This document shows, in pieces, positions 22,201 to 34,741 of a DNA stretch of 64,000 bases. Position 1 is the stretch's first letter; each line of letters begins with the position of its first letter. Under the pieces are notes generated by a model. That model did not search any database, was not told the DNA's origin, and worked only from the letters and a program-made list of their open reading frames with translations. Source of the stretch: Perna viridis (taxonomy: Eukaryota). The stretch spans positions 16,182,001-16,246,000 of the forward strand of contig CM074515.1 in the NCBI GenBank assembly GCA_037379345.1. The letters run 5' to 3'. The translations under genes were made by a program, and so were the position numbers.

Positions 22201-25200
22201 TTTTCTTTGTATAGAATTTTGGCTTTGGAGAAGTTGGGTGCTGTGTTCAATCAAGTTTCTCATCCAGTACAATTTACACCAAGAAAATTTGTGATCCATC
22301 ATGAATCAAATAACCTGGTGGTGATAGAAGCTGACCATAATGCTTATACAGACGCAACAAAGATGGAGAGAAAACAGCAAATGGCTGAGGTAAGTATGAG
22401 TCGTCCTCTTATTTTCAATAGAGTTATTTCTATTTTTTTTTAATGTTGTCTCTATATAATTTTATGTTATTTTTAGCAAGGAAGTCTTCATGGATTTCTA
22501 AAAGTCATGCTTGTAAAGTAATGTATGCTTTCAACAGATGCTTTAAACAAAAAAAAATCCTTTTTTATTTCAGGAAATGGTAGAATCTGTGACAGAAGAA
22601 CAAAGAGAAATGGCAGCTGAGATGGCAGCACAGTTTTTGAATGAAGAACTACCAGAGACTATATTTGGTTCTGCAAAAGCAGGAGCTGGAATGTGGGCTT
22701 CTATCATCCGTGTCATTAATCCAATCACTGGACAGACACTGGATAAAATTACACTGGAACAAAATGAGGCAGCTCAGAGGTATGCTTATTTCAGTTGATA
22801 GGGAGCATTCATTTTTAGAAAATCTGTTATACACTATCTTGATGAAAATATAGCTCTGCAATGCAATGTTAAGATTTGTTATCTCCTTTTCATAGAAATT
22901 ATAGGGAGATACAGAAATGTTACCCTTGATCTTTTACCTCTTATCATTATTCTTGTGGGCATCTCTTAATTGACAGTAATTGGTTCATACTAGGATCATA
23001 GATAAAGTCTCAAACTCTGCTTGGTCATAGTGTCAAAATCTAAGTCATTTTTTTTTTCTGATATACATGTCAGTTTTATGACATTTGCTTCAGTCCTTTG
23101 CTTCTGATTTAATGATAAAACAGTTTTTATACTTTTCAGCATTGCTTTGTTAAAATTTGCCAGTCGAGGTGATGACCAGTTTGTATTAGTAGGTGTGGCT
23201 AAGGATTTAGTTTTACAACCCAGATCAATAACTGCTGGCTATATTTATGCTTACCAACTCACAAACAATGGTGAAAAATTAGAATTCCTACATAAAACTG
23301 AGGTTGAAGAAGTACCAGCTGCAATTACTACTTTCCAAGGGAGATGTTTAATAGGAGTGGGCAAATTTTTAAGAATTTATGATCTTGGAAAGAAAAAGAT
23401 GTTGAGGAAGTGTGAGAATAAGGTATGGAAAAAATAAGTTCTTTTCTTTTTACTACAAAAAAAATTATGTTTTATTCATGAAAAGCTATTAATCAAAATA
23501 CACTTGGCTTCACGTATTAACTACAGTTGCTTAGTAAAAGAAGTGTCCTGAAATTTTTCATGTAAAAATGCAGTACTTGAATATATTATTCATGTAAAAA
23601 TAATCAGTTCTTCAATAGCGTAACCGTATGAAATTGACTGATCTCTATCCATTTTTTATTTCAGCACATTCCTAACTTTGTTGTTGGAATTCATACAACA
23701 GGAAGTCGTATCGTAGTGGCAGATATTCAGGACAGTTTTCATTTTCTACGCTACAAACGTCAGGAAAATCAGTTGATTGTATTCTCTGATGACACAAACC
23801 CACGATGGGTCACTGCATCTTGTATGTTAGATTATAATACTGTGGCTGGTGCAGACAAGTTTGGAAATATCACCGTGGTAAGTAGTAGAGAATGGATATT
23901 AGAAAAGAAACAGTAGCTTGTGTTGAGTGGATATTTAATGACATGGAGTTATGAGCAAGACATGAACTGACATAATTTCAAATAAAACAATTCTCAACTA
24001 ATGAAAATGAAAACTATGTATCTATCATTGAGTAAATGTGTTCTTTGTATTGATCGTTAGAAAAATGCAACTTTAATCTTAATCTGAATATACATTTTCC
24101 TGTAGGTACGCTTGCCAGAAGATATTAGTGATGATGTTGATGAAGATCCTACTGGAAATAAAGCATTATGGGATAGAGGTCTTCTAAGTGGAGCTTCTCA
24201 GAAGGTTAGTGGCAATCAGACTAGTATGTTCTGTTTAAAAACAGAATCGAAAGTCGGATATTATTCTTTAATTTAGACAAGTATGATACAGGTCTTTGAA
24301 GTAGAGCTTATCAAAAGATCCACAACTTTGTCAATGCATTGGCAAAAAGAATCTATAAATAGACCAAAGCAGAACAAATGTAATATTGTAGGAAAAGAGT
24401 TTTTTTTTATCAGTGACTACCAATATCTGCTATAATTTCATATCTGATATGGAAACTAATTTTATTGTTTCTGTTATGTCCCAAGATAATGTTAAATACT
24501 TTAAAGAAATTAAGTCAGAAGTAAATTGAATTCTCTACATTTCCATGGTAACTAGAACTTTCATTCCTGTTACATTTGTCATCTCATATTGATGTTTAGT
24601 GTCTTTAATGTTATTTCAGGTTGATACAGTAATCAGTTTCCACATTGGAGAGATAATAACATCATTACAGAGAGCTACCCTTATTCCAGGAGGTTCAGAG
24701 TCTCTAGTCTATACCACATTATCTGGTGGTATCGGCATGCTTGTACCTTTCACATCTCATGAGGTATAGTCTTATTTAACAAAAAAAATAGTTCTATAAT
24801 GATATGGTGTTGTCGTCCATTGACACTTGGATTTTGTTCGGTGACTTTATTATTAATGGATCTAATATAATATTAACCATTCAAGATCTGCAGTTGTATC
24901 AAGCTGCACTCAGCAGAGCCTTTTATTCACAAAAGCCATAACATCTTTACCTTAGTGTAGGTGACAATTCATGTATTATATTTTTTTGGCCTTTTGACAG
25001 CAGATTCATCTTTGTAAAGATGTGTTGATCAAATTTAGGGTTTAATGTGGATATGATGTAACTTTCATCCGTGTTTCACCTGAGAAACTGATTACGACTT
25101 GCAAACTGATCCACATATCATTATTTAGAAAAATACATAATTTTTAATGAATTTAATGGAATAGTTAAGTCCCAAAACTATGGATTATGCATCTTTATTG

Positions 25201-26824
25201 ATATATACACTGAAATGACCAAAGATTCAATTGTTAATATTGAAAAGAAATTTTATTTTATGTGGTTTATTTAAAAAAAAAAAACAGTTTGAAGCTCTGA
25301 GTATTTTTCAAATGTCTATTTCAGGATCAAGATTTTTTCCAACATTTAGAAATGTATATGAGATCAGAACATCCACCCCTGTGTGGTAGAGACCATCTGT
25401 CTTTCAGGTCTTACTATTTCCCAATCAAGGTAGGTGCCCCACATTTCTTATACATATATTTATACATATACTTGCCAGTCAGTAGAACTGGAAGGAATTA
25501 TGACAAACAGTAACTTTTACCCATTATGAATATTGTCTCGTCAGGATTTGCTATGAAATGTGGGGTTTTTAATGCAATAGAATAAAGTTACTTAGTTTTA
25601 ACCTGACTTTTTGGAATGAAAATTTATTATGGACAGTGGCGGATTCTGGGGATGCAGGGGGTTAGCACCCCTCCTTTTTATTGGAAAATTTGTCATTTTC
25701 ATGTGAAAATTAACAAAAAGTGGCAAATAATATCCTAGCACCACCACCCCTTTTTTTAGAGGGACCCCAGCTGGCACCCCTCCTTTTCAAAGTGTCTGGA
25801 TCTGCCCCAGATAGATTTGGTGATGTATTGTGAAATGCCATGCCTAAGGCTGTCATAATGCCAGTGTTTCAACTTGATAGTTTTTGACTGAATCTTTTCA
25901 AATTTTGATGTACAAGTATAGCTTTCAGAAACATAAGGAAGGACTCTATTGATTTTCATGACTTTGGCTATTTTTGTTTCAAAGTTAAGATCTTTCTATA
26001 GGGAAATATGGTAGTTAGTGGGAAAGTCTGGTTGTCTTGGTTTATATGTACTTTAATAGTTGTTATTGTTTTACTTTTTGTAGAATGTGATTGATGGAGA
26101 TCTTTGTGAAATGTTTAATTCCATGGACCCTGGAAAACAGAAAGGCGTAGCAGAGGAATTAGACAGAACACCTAGTGAGGTATCTAAACAGGGATAAAAA
26201 AAAAAAAAAAAAGAAAGAAAACAGTTAACATGGAAGAATTTAAGTATCAATCAAAGAAATCGCACTGGTTAAAGTTGATGTGGATATGATGCAAACTTAA
26301 TCCGTGTTTCACCTGACCAATATGATTACAGCACTAGAGCTGATCCACATAATGAATGGTTACAAGTGTACACATTTATATTCTTTTCTTATTGTGTTTT
26401 GTGCAAACCACTGAAAACTATGTAAAAGGGAAATATGTCGGTATGTGCATATATCTGCTTTCTTTCTACCTTTATTACATTTTGTACATTGACATATTAT
26501 GCAACATATCAAAAACATTTCTTTATCTTGTATGTTGCAATGTATGTCTTCATGAAAGCAGAATTCCTTTGGTTTTTCTTTGTGTTTAAAATGTTTCCAT
26601 TATCTTGATACGAGACCTTAACACTAATAAACAGAATGTGGTTTCTCCTTCCTTAGTGCTGCTGTATATTATGATGTGATATCTGACAAGTTTTTGGCAA
26701 TTGAAGAATTAATACCTTTTGCTATGTCGGTATTCTACTTGTATTTAAAGATGAATAATTGTTTGTTAATATTTTTCAGGTATCAAAGAAGCTAGAAGAT
26801 ATCAGGACAAGATTTGCTTTCTAG
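10220..26824 (+). CDS. SF3B3: Splicing factor 3B subunit 3 (SAP130), complete, 27 coding exons, 1217 aa
   Basis: Starts [14 protein letters not shown], ends [14 protein letters not shown]. Exons: 10220-10445, 10797-10873, 11521-11614, 12023-12195, 12896-13037, 13471-13583, 14001-14063, 14577-14651, 15220-15323, 15730-15895, 16515-16610, 16940-17012, 18940-19091, 19368-19523, 19802-19957, 20275-20418, 21395-21517, 21850-22004, 22215-22389, 22574-22779, 23140-23422, 23665-23877, 24106-24204, 24620-24763, 25325-25429, 26084-26179, 26780-26824. Sum 3654 nt; all introns GT-AG with consistent phases. Confidence 0.97.
17671..17703 (+). other. Candidate 33-nt poison (PTC) cassette exon in SF3B3 coding intron 12
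   Basis: TTTTCTAATTTCAG|GTGCAGTCTAAGAAGTTCCATGACAGTAATCAG|GTGGGT. The upstream exon ends in phase 1, so inclusion reads G-GT GCA GTC TAA (stop). Flanked by hairpins on both sides. Confidence 0.5.
19546..19630 (+). ncRNA. Candidate orphan C/D-box snoRNA in SF3B3 coding intron 14
   Basis: Perfect box C GTGATGA at 19553-19559, box D CTGA at 19621-19624, imperfect terminal stem GGCTA/TAACC. No convincing target assigned. Confidence 0.35.
25045..25116 (+). ncRNA. C/D-box snoRNA, SNORD126-like, copy A (SF3B3 coding intron 24)
   Basis: Terminal stem ATGTGGA/TCCACAT; box C ATGATGT 25053-59; guide TCCGTGTTTCA 25068-78 complementary to conserved 28S UGAAACACGGA; D' CTGA 25080-83; C' CTGATTA 25088-94; D CTGA 25106-09. 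Paralog at 26278. Confidence 0.88.
25634..25810. mobile_element. Short TIR MITE-like element
   Basis: CAGTGGCGGATTCTGG ... CTGGATCTGCCCCAG imperfect terminal inverted repeats; GC-rich island inside an AT-rich intron; related to 34334-34499. Confidence 0.55.
26278..26350 (+). ncRNA. C/D-box snoRNA, SNORD126-like, copy B (SF3B3 coding intron 26)
   Basis: Stem ATGTGGA/TCCACAT; box C ATGATGC 26286-92; identical guide TCCGTGTTTCA 26301-11; D' CTGA 26313-16; C' ATGATTA 26322-28; D CTGA 26340-43. Only boxes, stem and guide are conserved with copy A. Confidence 0.88.
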
Positions 26825-27243
26825 TTAAAATTATGCTGACAAGAAAAGATGAGAAAATCCATAGAGCTTGGTCATAGGATGACCATTCATAGATAATGGC
26901 CAACGAAATATTATAATTCGTACATACATCTATGAAATAATTAACCTTCTAGCAGCTTTGTATTGTGTGTGTACCAGGGACGTTTACACAGGACTTGGCT
27001 GATATGGCCATTCTTGTACTGTACACACTTTAACACTTTTCAACATCTCATTGCATACATCTCTTCAGTCATTACTACATTCGGTTTTTCCATGAATGAT
27101 TTTATAACTTATGTTTTGTTAACTTTGCAATGTCATTAAAATGTCAATGAAATTTCATTATGTCACAATTTGTAATTGTAACCATTACAATCATGTTTGT
27201 GATGCAACATTGTTATCATGCAATGTACATAAAATGTTAAAAA

Positions 27244-27248
<5 letters not shown>

Positions 27249-27286
<38 letters not shown>
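27249..27286 (+). repeat. Poly(A) tract (~38 nt) downstream of the SF3B3 stop
   Basis: Uninterrupted A run seen directly. Confidence 0.9.
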
Positions 27287-27287
<1 letters not shown>

Positions 27288-28741
27288 ATTTCAAAGATCT
27301 TTTGCTTGGTTTGTTTCTGTCTTTACTCTTTTATTTCCCTTCTGAGACTGTTTAGTCCACTGCATGATAATGATCCTGCAGAAAAATAGTCTTATTATCC
27401 ATTGAAACTCCTTTGGTATCATTTCCTTCCTTTTTCGTTGTTTTGATAATAGTATCAATCAAAATTATTTAAAAGGGTTGAAATCAGTCGAAATTAAGGT
27501 TTGATCCACAATCAAAATGCTATTTAGTTCAAAATTAATTAAATTGTGAATTGTGGGTATATCAACATTAATGACACCACAGTACATAGTTACTTGATTC
27601 AAAATTTCCTGTATTGTCCAAAGAGAATCAACCAATTAGCGTATTTTAAATCAAATGACATGCCTTCAATGGCAATAACTTCAACAAGAAATCATTCAAC
27701 TTGAACCCAGTGGAGGCTTTTGTGTGCACGATATTACTGATTATTTCCTCAATTTGTAGTTTATTTCTGTCTAATATGGTTTTCAAGATGTTTGCTAAGA
27801 ACTAAGTCATTTTTTCACTGTTCAAGGACAATAATACTAATAAGAAGTCATCCAACAGCTTCGACCAAAATGAAAACGGGAAGGCCTTATTGTAAGGATC
27901 ATTTCAACAATGGGTAATCTCTTTTCATCTATAAGGATTTCAAGTAATAAGCTAAAAAAAAAAAATTTAAATCACAATATTTTACCTTCCTGGGGCAATA
28001 AGATGCATCATAGAATTTGACCAAATTGAGAATATAGAGCTCTTCAAGCTGAAAAAGCACGGTCACATTAATTGGAGACTAGTTTCCTGAAGTGACCAGT
28101 AAAATTCACTTTTTCACTTTTTTCACAAAATTTCTTGAATATTCCTAACAATTTTCAAAGTTTAAAATCATAAAAAGAAGGTTAGTTTTCGGTATTATTA
28201 TAAGTATTTTGGAAGCAGGTGTTTCACAGAACGTATCAATTTATAGTACATGGACATCGACGGTACTGTAACAATGCAACTTCGGCCGAGTCCGTGAGGA
28301 GTCACCCGAGGTTTGCCGATTGAAATGGTCTGTACCAGAGGTTATACCGGATTGATGTTTGGATTGTAATTTTCTACACTTATTAGGGATGAATTACACT
28401 TTTTTTTTTAATAAATTGGGTATTGTCATGGGAGCTGAATAACCAAAAGTAACTGATTAGTGTAATTTTCTCCATACCTCCTTATTTTCAGAAAGTAAGT
28501 ATTGAGTTTTTTTTTTAAACTCACCTGGAACGGAAGTCGATGTGAACTTTCGTCATTACTGTGAATCTGTCATCATTTTTCGTAGATAAATCTTTTCCTC
28601 CACCGCTCAGTGGATTATTTTCAAATTTGGACACCATGCAACATCCTTGAGATATTTTTTTATTAACATGACGGCCATTGCTATTTTAGGCCACATGGGT
28701 AAAGTCCCCGATTTCTACATATATATCAAGAACTAAAAAAG

Positions 28742-29225
28742 CCCCGTGCAGGTCCGGGTGTTAAAAGAATAGGCCTGCAGCAGCGCTAAGCTTATCGTAT
28801 AAGGCGACTAAATAGTGCTCAGAAACCTAGCCGGGGGCTAGGCGCTCTGCCCACAGCAACTGGGATGTGTGCCCCAGGTGGTGGAATGGGGTACCCCTGG
28901 CGTGTTACATGCTGGGGTTGTCAGGCTATAATACGGAAAACCTGACCGCAAACCATAGTGGTGCACCGTGTTGGGAAAGATGCCACGTTCCTCGCACGTT
29001 AAAGAACCCTGCTGTGGTATTCGATAGGAGTAGGAACCTTTGCGCTCCGCCAGAGGAGGCTAAATTGCCCGACCTTACCCACCCACCCCCTTTTTCCAGT
29101 GGCAATCAAAATTTGTCGGCCCCATTATCCTTGTGACCCATCCTTTTTTTTTCATTTCATGTTCATTGTCTGAATATAGCTGAAATATTGCTGCTCGGAC
29201 GTTAAACCCCAACAAACAAACAAAC
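28742..29225 (+). mobile_element. Full-length RUDI-type SINE (non-tRNA head, V-like core, (AAAC)n tail) with 13-bp TSD
   Basis: TSD AGAACTAAAAAAG at 28729-28741 and 29226-29238; head CCCCGTG...GCTTATCGTATAAGGCGACTAAA; core GCACGTTAAAGAACCC; tail AATATAGCTGAAATATTGCTG...ACGTTAAACCCC(AAAC)n. Appears inserted into an older HINE-like remnant (~28518-29650). Confidence 0.8.
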
Positions 29226-30324
29226 AGAACTAAAAAAGATACTGAGACATAAATAGACTGTCCCTTTTTACCTTGAAGAGCTCAATAAAGTCTCCATTTG
29301 GTCGAATTCTATGACGTCATTGTCCTACGGAGGTTAAAAATTGCGATTTTAAATAGACGAAAAGAGACTTCCAGTTGTTGAAATGATCCTACCAGTCTTA
29401 ATTTGGTCGAAGCTTATTAATATTATTGTCCTTGGAAGACGAAAAATGACGTTTTGTTTTACAGTTTTAATAGAAAACATCTTGGAAACCATACTAGACT
29501 GAAATCAACTTTCTAATGATGAAATAATCCGTACGATTGTCTCTACAAAAGTTTCAATTGCGTTGAAGTTGTTGGATGACTTCTTGTTAAAGTGCCTTTG
29601 AAAAAATAGCTATTTTGCAGTTTCTGGGTTATATTTGTTGACCTTAGCAGATAGGGAATAAAAAAAGTTTCAGTTGCTTGTTCCTGATTTCAGAGACACC
29701 CATAGTATAAACTTCAAAAAGGTACAGGAATGAATTCCAGTTGATCTCAAAGTCATCTACGGACCCATGCTCAAAAATCTTACCGCGCACAAATTTGTAT
29801 GAAACGGATGTTTCATATTTAAGAATTTTCAGGGAGACTGCCTTGCATAGTTTTGACCCGTAGTATTGTGTAATGAACAGTTGGCTTATTGCGTAGTTTA
29901 CAAATTTAGTACTAAGACCTTACCAGTGTATAAAGTTTTTAATATCCTTTAAATTAAACATACACAAGTTAATGCGACAAATTTCTGTTGGGGATTTTAG
30001 TGTAAACAATTAAAATACAAATGGTATTATACTTTAAAATGTATTTCTATGTCATTATGGTTTTGAATGAAATTTTAATTTTCCATTTTTAAACTCTGAC
30101 CGCAGAATATCTTACGGTAAATATGATTAAGAAACTAACCAAACATGGACGAATATCAAAGCAACAAGACTTGTGTTTAATGGCAGTATAAATTGAATAA
30201 TCTGTGACTCGATCACTACCAAGTGAAAAAGCATTAAGATCTTTTTCGGACAAGTTGAAGTTAATGCTAATTAACTAGTGAAAGTTTGAAAAAAAAAACG
30301 CAGGTTGGAAAAAAAGGAAAAACT

Positions 30325-33300
30325 TCATTTTTGTTTTATACTGTAATCCAGCGACCGGTTACATACTTCCTGGATCCAATCCCTTTCCTTAGTCCGTTTG
30401 TGTGCAACTACCTTAATTTCTGTGTTTCCGAACTCGAAATCTACCAGAATTTCCACTGAGTAATTTGACGGTTCATTTAGATCAATTTTTATCTCCGCCA
30501 ATTTCTTGCATCCGTTATCGTCTATGTATTCAGGGTTTTCATATGGACTGTAATATACACGCAACTTAGCGAATTCTTGATTTTTGTCAATGGTTTTAAA
30601 AGTATGGGAGCGTTTTTCACCAAGGGATACTCGCGTTTTGGCGGAGACCAATTGATGGAAAGTGTCCGAACAACGCTTAACCCCATTGACCCATATTGCC
30701 CTGCTTTTATGATGCTTTGTTGGATCAAACCTTACACTGCTTGCGATCCCATACGTATACTTTAGTAACCTAGAACATATGACATCGGGTTTATGTCCAT
30801 ACGTTACAGCCCCTTTCAAAACTGCGGTTGAAGCCTCTTCCACTGTTTGAACTCTTCCGGGAAATATTTCCTTTAAAGCATTTTGGACAATAGACGATTC
30901 AGATAGTCCACCGACTAAATAAAATGTATCAACGTCATTTGAATCGCAAGCTTCTAATGTGTTTTGTATTAATGACTCTATTTTTTTTATTGTAGTTTTG
31001 AACATTGAAAGATAGAATTCCTCTTTAAATTCTAATTTATCTTTAAATACTTTAAGGCTTTCTGCATGTTTCGATGTCCCCAGTAAATCAATGAAGTTCT
31101 TATTCTTGGTATTTTCCAAGCAAAGGGAATTAAATATTGCAATTGGAATCTGCAATCGTTTTGAGGTAGAACCGGATTTCTTTTTGAACTCTTCAATAGA
31201 CATCTGAAGATCTGAATATTCTTCTAAGTAGTCTTTCTTTAGCTTTAACATCATGTCAGTTCCCATCACATCACGAAAAATGTGTAAAAATGCATTATCA
31301 ATATCTGTACCACCGCATTTTTCGCCACATGGAATACATATATTTTTCATCTGGCCATCCTGTAAAACTTCCTGAACAACTGTATCGGTAGTGCCGCCTG
31401 AAAATTAAATAATTCGAAATAAATACAAGGTCGTAGCCAAGGGGAGGTGCGACGGGTGCGATCGCATCCCCTTTTAAAAAATACTTTGATTTACATCTTA
31501 GCCTGTAATTAAAGAGAAATCATACCAGGTAACCAAGTAAAATTGCTTATCGGTGATCAGTTTGCACCCTACCCCCATTCAGAAAACCTGGCTACGGCCC
31601 TGTAATATCTGGCAAAATTTAATGGGTTGTGTAAATTCCAATATGATAGATACTCGCAATTTTATACTTTGGAAAACATTACGGACCCAAGGGCCGACAT
31701 TTTTATTATTTTCTATACACAATAATATGATTTATTTTTAGACAACAATTTGTCCGTTTTTCATTTAGGCCAGAGCAGATTTACTTGAAAAAAAGAATTG
31801 TCAAGTTATTATTGAATTATTATAGGGGATCTTGTCGAATAAAACAAGTAGGATATCGTGAAAAAGAAACAAAAAGTCAAGTTAAGAATGTAACTAAACA
31901 ACCTCCAATGTCGACAAGTAGGAACTTTTGCTGTTTTTGAATGAAGCCCTTTGTCCAACAGTACACTGCTGCAGTCTCAGGCTCGTGGGCCAAGCAAAGG
32001 TATTTCCCGAGACCAGCCTGAAATGGTGAATTTACCGTTTAAANNNNNNNNNNNNNNNNNNNNNNNNNNNNNNNNNNNNNNNNNNNNNNNNNNNNNNNNN
32101 NNNNNNNNNNNNNNNNNNNNNNNNNNNNNNNNNNNNNNNNNNNNNNNNNNNNNNNNNNNNNNNNNNNNNNNNNNNNNNNNNNNNNNNNNNNNAACACACG
32201 ACATAATTTCAAAAACAGCGAAAAACCTTTATAACAACAACAAAAAATACAAAAGCAGTCATCTGAGCTTGAAAATGGTTTTCTTTTGTTTCGATTCATG
32301 TTGAGTTGATAATTTCTTACTCTTAAAAATAAATCACACACCAGCACTCACACACACAACCAGACTATTATTTTTGCCGTCTACACACCTTTTTTCCGCA
32401 CTGTCGCATGAAATTCTTTGCTGCCTCTGACCAGATTGTAGGCACCGTAAGCACCCATGATATCATATTCTCTTGGAACTCAGGATGTGAAGCCTTGAAG
32501 TGGTCACTCAAGACTTTTATGGAAGCAATAAAAACCGTTTCTGCCTTGAGTGGTTTTCCTGAGACATCTTCAACCACGAATCCATCTTCATTTACCTACA
32601 TGCATTAACATGTTATCAAGGATTAATTCGGAAAGAGATTAAGTTTGCGAATATGGACCGTTACTTTAATCGACACTGCATATAATGGGAAAACGAACGG
32701 ATTATGGTGAAACACGTAAAAACCTACACCAGATAGTAAATACATGTACTTTCAGTAGAATCATTTCATCAGCAGAATAGACCCGTCAGTGAAAGGCCTT
32801 TCTTAATTTGTAATTTATCCACTTTTCATTCAATTTCACGGGCACCAGATGTACTTTTGTTCATTATACATTGTAAAATAACTAATCTTAAATCAAGTAA
32901 TATGATGTATTGAAATATTACATTTTAATTGGTGATTTTATCAGCTAAAGTGTTTTAGTGGTTAAAACTCAGTTCTTCATACGATATACACATCAATTCT
33001 ATGTCTAACTATCCACAACACAATATTAACAGTATTTCTTTTTTGTGAACCAGTGGGTGGAAGTATGATGAAAATATAAACGTGATACTGTTTAACACAA
33101 ACTCGTTTTAAGTGTTTACGCACAACTTTTAAATTTATACGCAAATCAAAATACTTTTTTCTAAGGGAAAAAAAAATTAAACGTGTCAATTTTAATAAAT
33201 ACTAAAACCAAGGCTGATGTTCTTAGTTTCATGTATGAATGAAAATAATAACATTAGAGAACGTCTAATGGACTTTTACCTGTTCGCTGTAAAGATTCAT

Positions 33301-33582
33301 CTTGAACTTTTCGAAAAAATAATATTCATTTTGTTCCTTGTTTTTTAGAACTTCTTTAAATTTCTCCTTTGCCTCAAATCCAAATGCAATGCAGTCCTTC
33401 TTTTGATCAAGCAGGATACAGGTCGGACATTTTACATTTACTTGATTGGTTCCAGTCCATATTTGGTTAGCATAAACAATGGCTGGATCTTTTTTGAAGT
33501 CCTTTGCTGTTGAAAACGCGTAACCACTAAATGTTGTTCCCAGATCGATCGCTACAACCACAGAAGGCGGGGACATAGACAT
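30325..33582 (-). CDS. HSPA12: Heat shock 70 kDa protein 12 (HSPA12A/B)-like, 4 exons, 565 aa
   Basis: Exons (minus): 33582-33280 (VVVAIDLGTTFSGYAFS...CPTCILLD...FFEKFKMNLY), 32595-32389 (WVLTVPTIWSEAAKNFMR), 32017-31903 (LAHEPETAAVYC...FLLVDIG), 31397-30325 (GGTTD...LVGGLSES...AVLKGAVTYG...YTYGI...FGNTEIKV). Sum 1698 nt, frame intact. Confidence 0.92.
31426..31602. mobile_element. Short TIR MITE in HSPA12 intron 3
   Basis: CAAGGTCGTAGCCA ... TGGCTACGGCCCTG terminal inverted repeats. Confidence 0.6.
32044..32192. other. Assembly gap (149 N) in HSPA12 intron 2
   Basis: Run of N seen directly. Confidence 1.
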
Positions 33583-33849
33583 CGCATCTTACGCTGTCAA
33601 GCCATGTATATTTAAGAATTTTTCAATGTAAGAAACAACAAGGAAGAAATATAATTCCGTGATTTAAATAATATTGATGTCTACTTCATGGTTATACAGT
33701 TATGACTATTGATTATTGAAGTATTTCTTAGTGTTAAGACACGATTCTCGGAAGTGTGGCGATTTCCAATTGATATTATATTTGCTCTGAATTTTTGTTT
33801 CACATAGAGGGTATACTAATATTATTATTATACATGTATTCTATTTCAG

Positions 33850-34563
33850 TTTTGAAAGATTTTTTGGTTGACAATATATAGTAACAGCAGCCATGTTTTT
33901 CGTTTGATCAAAAATCCCCACACAGTTCAATGCAGGATATCCCAAGAAACATTCATACCAAGTTTAGTTCCAATTGGTCAAGTAGTGTCAGAGGAGAAGA
34001 TTTTAGAAAGAAATAACATCAACATAGCAAAAAAAAAATGTCGAAAAACGGCAATTACTCCAACATGGCGAAAATTTGACCACAGATAGATCTCATCATG
34101 CTGAACACTTTTTTCCAGCCAGAATTTGGCTAAACCTAACGATTTTGGAGATAAATGCGAAAAACTACTGTCTGACCCCTATGTTCTATTTTTAGTAACG
34201 GCGGCCATGTTTTTCGACGGATCAAAAATCCCCATATCACTTCTATGCAGGATACCCCATGAAACATTCATACTAAGTTTGGTTCCAATTGGTCGAGTAG
34301 TGTCGGAGGAGAAGAGTTGTTAACGACGCCAACCAGGGGCGGATCCAGGATTTTAGTTGGGGGGGGGGGGGGCGTTAATTGAATTACATGCCGTGCAAAG
34401 CAAGGCAAAAAGTATTATAATGTAAAAATGGTGGTGAATTTTTTTCCTACCGATTTAGGGGGCGTACGCCCGGTACGCCAGTCCTTGGATCCGCGCCTGC
34501 CAACGACGGCGACGGACGCGAAGTGATGGGAATAGCTCATACGGTCTTTGGCCAGGTGAGCTA
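33850..34563 (-). mobile_element. Helentron/HINE-like repeat, same family as 222-615
   Basis: Reverse-complement match to 222-500 (ORF-track peptides [19 protein letters not shown] and [19 protein letters not shown]); ends GGCCAGGTGAGCT; internal tandem subrepeat. Confidence 0.75.
34334..34499. mobile_element. TIR MITE with 5-bp TSD nested in the HINE-like repeat
   Basis: CAGGGGCGGATCCA ... TGGATCCGCGCCTG flanked by CCAAC at 34329-33 and 34500-04. Confidence 0.75.
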
Positions 34564-34741
34564 CAAAGGGGTATTGAATCCTTGTCCCAAGTACTTGGAA
34601 AGTTATCATATAATGGTCTTCAAATGAAATCTTAATTTTTAATAATAAACATCACAAACAACAAATAAAACTACAAAATCAATCAATCAAACAAACAAAC
34701 GAGCAAACAAACAAACAAACAAAAAAAAGAAATTATGTAGT

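Noticed and set aside
27249-27286. Poly(A) as a retrocopy tail
   Set aside because: No TSD or recognisable retro-sequence upstream; SF3B3 here is fully intron-containing.
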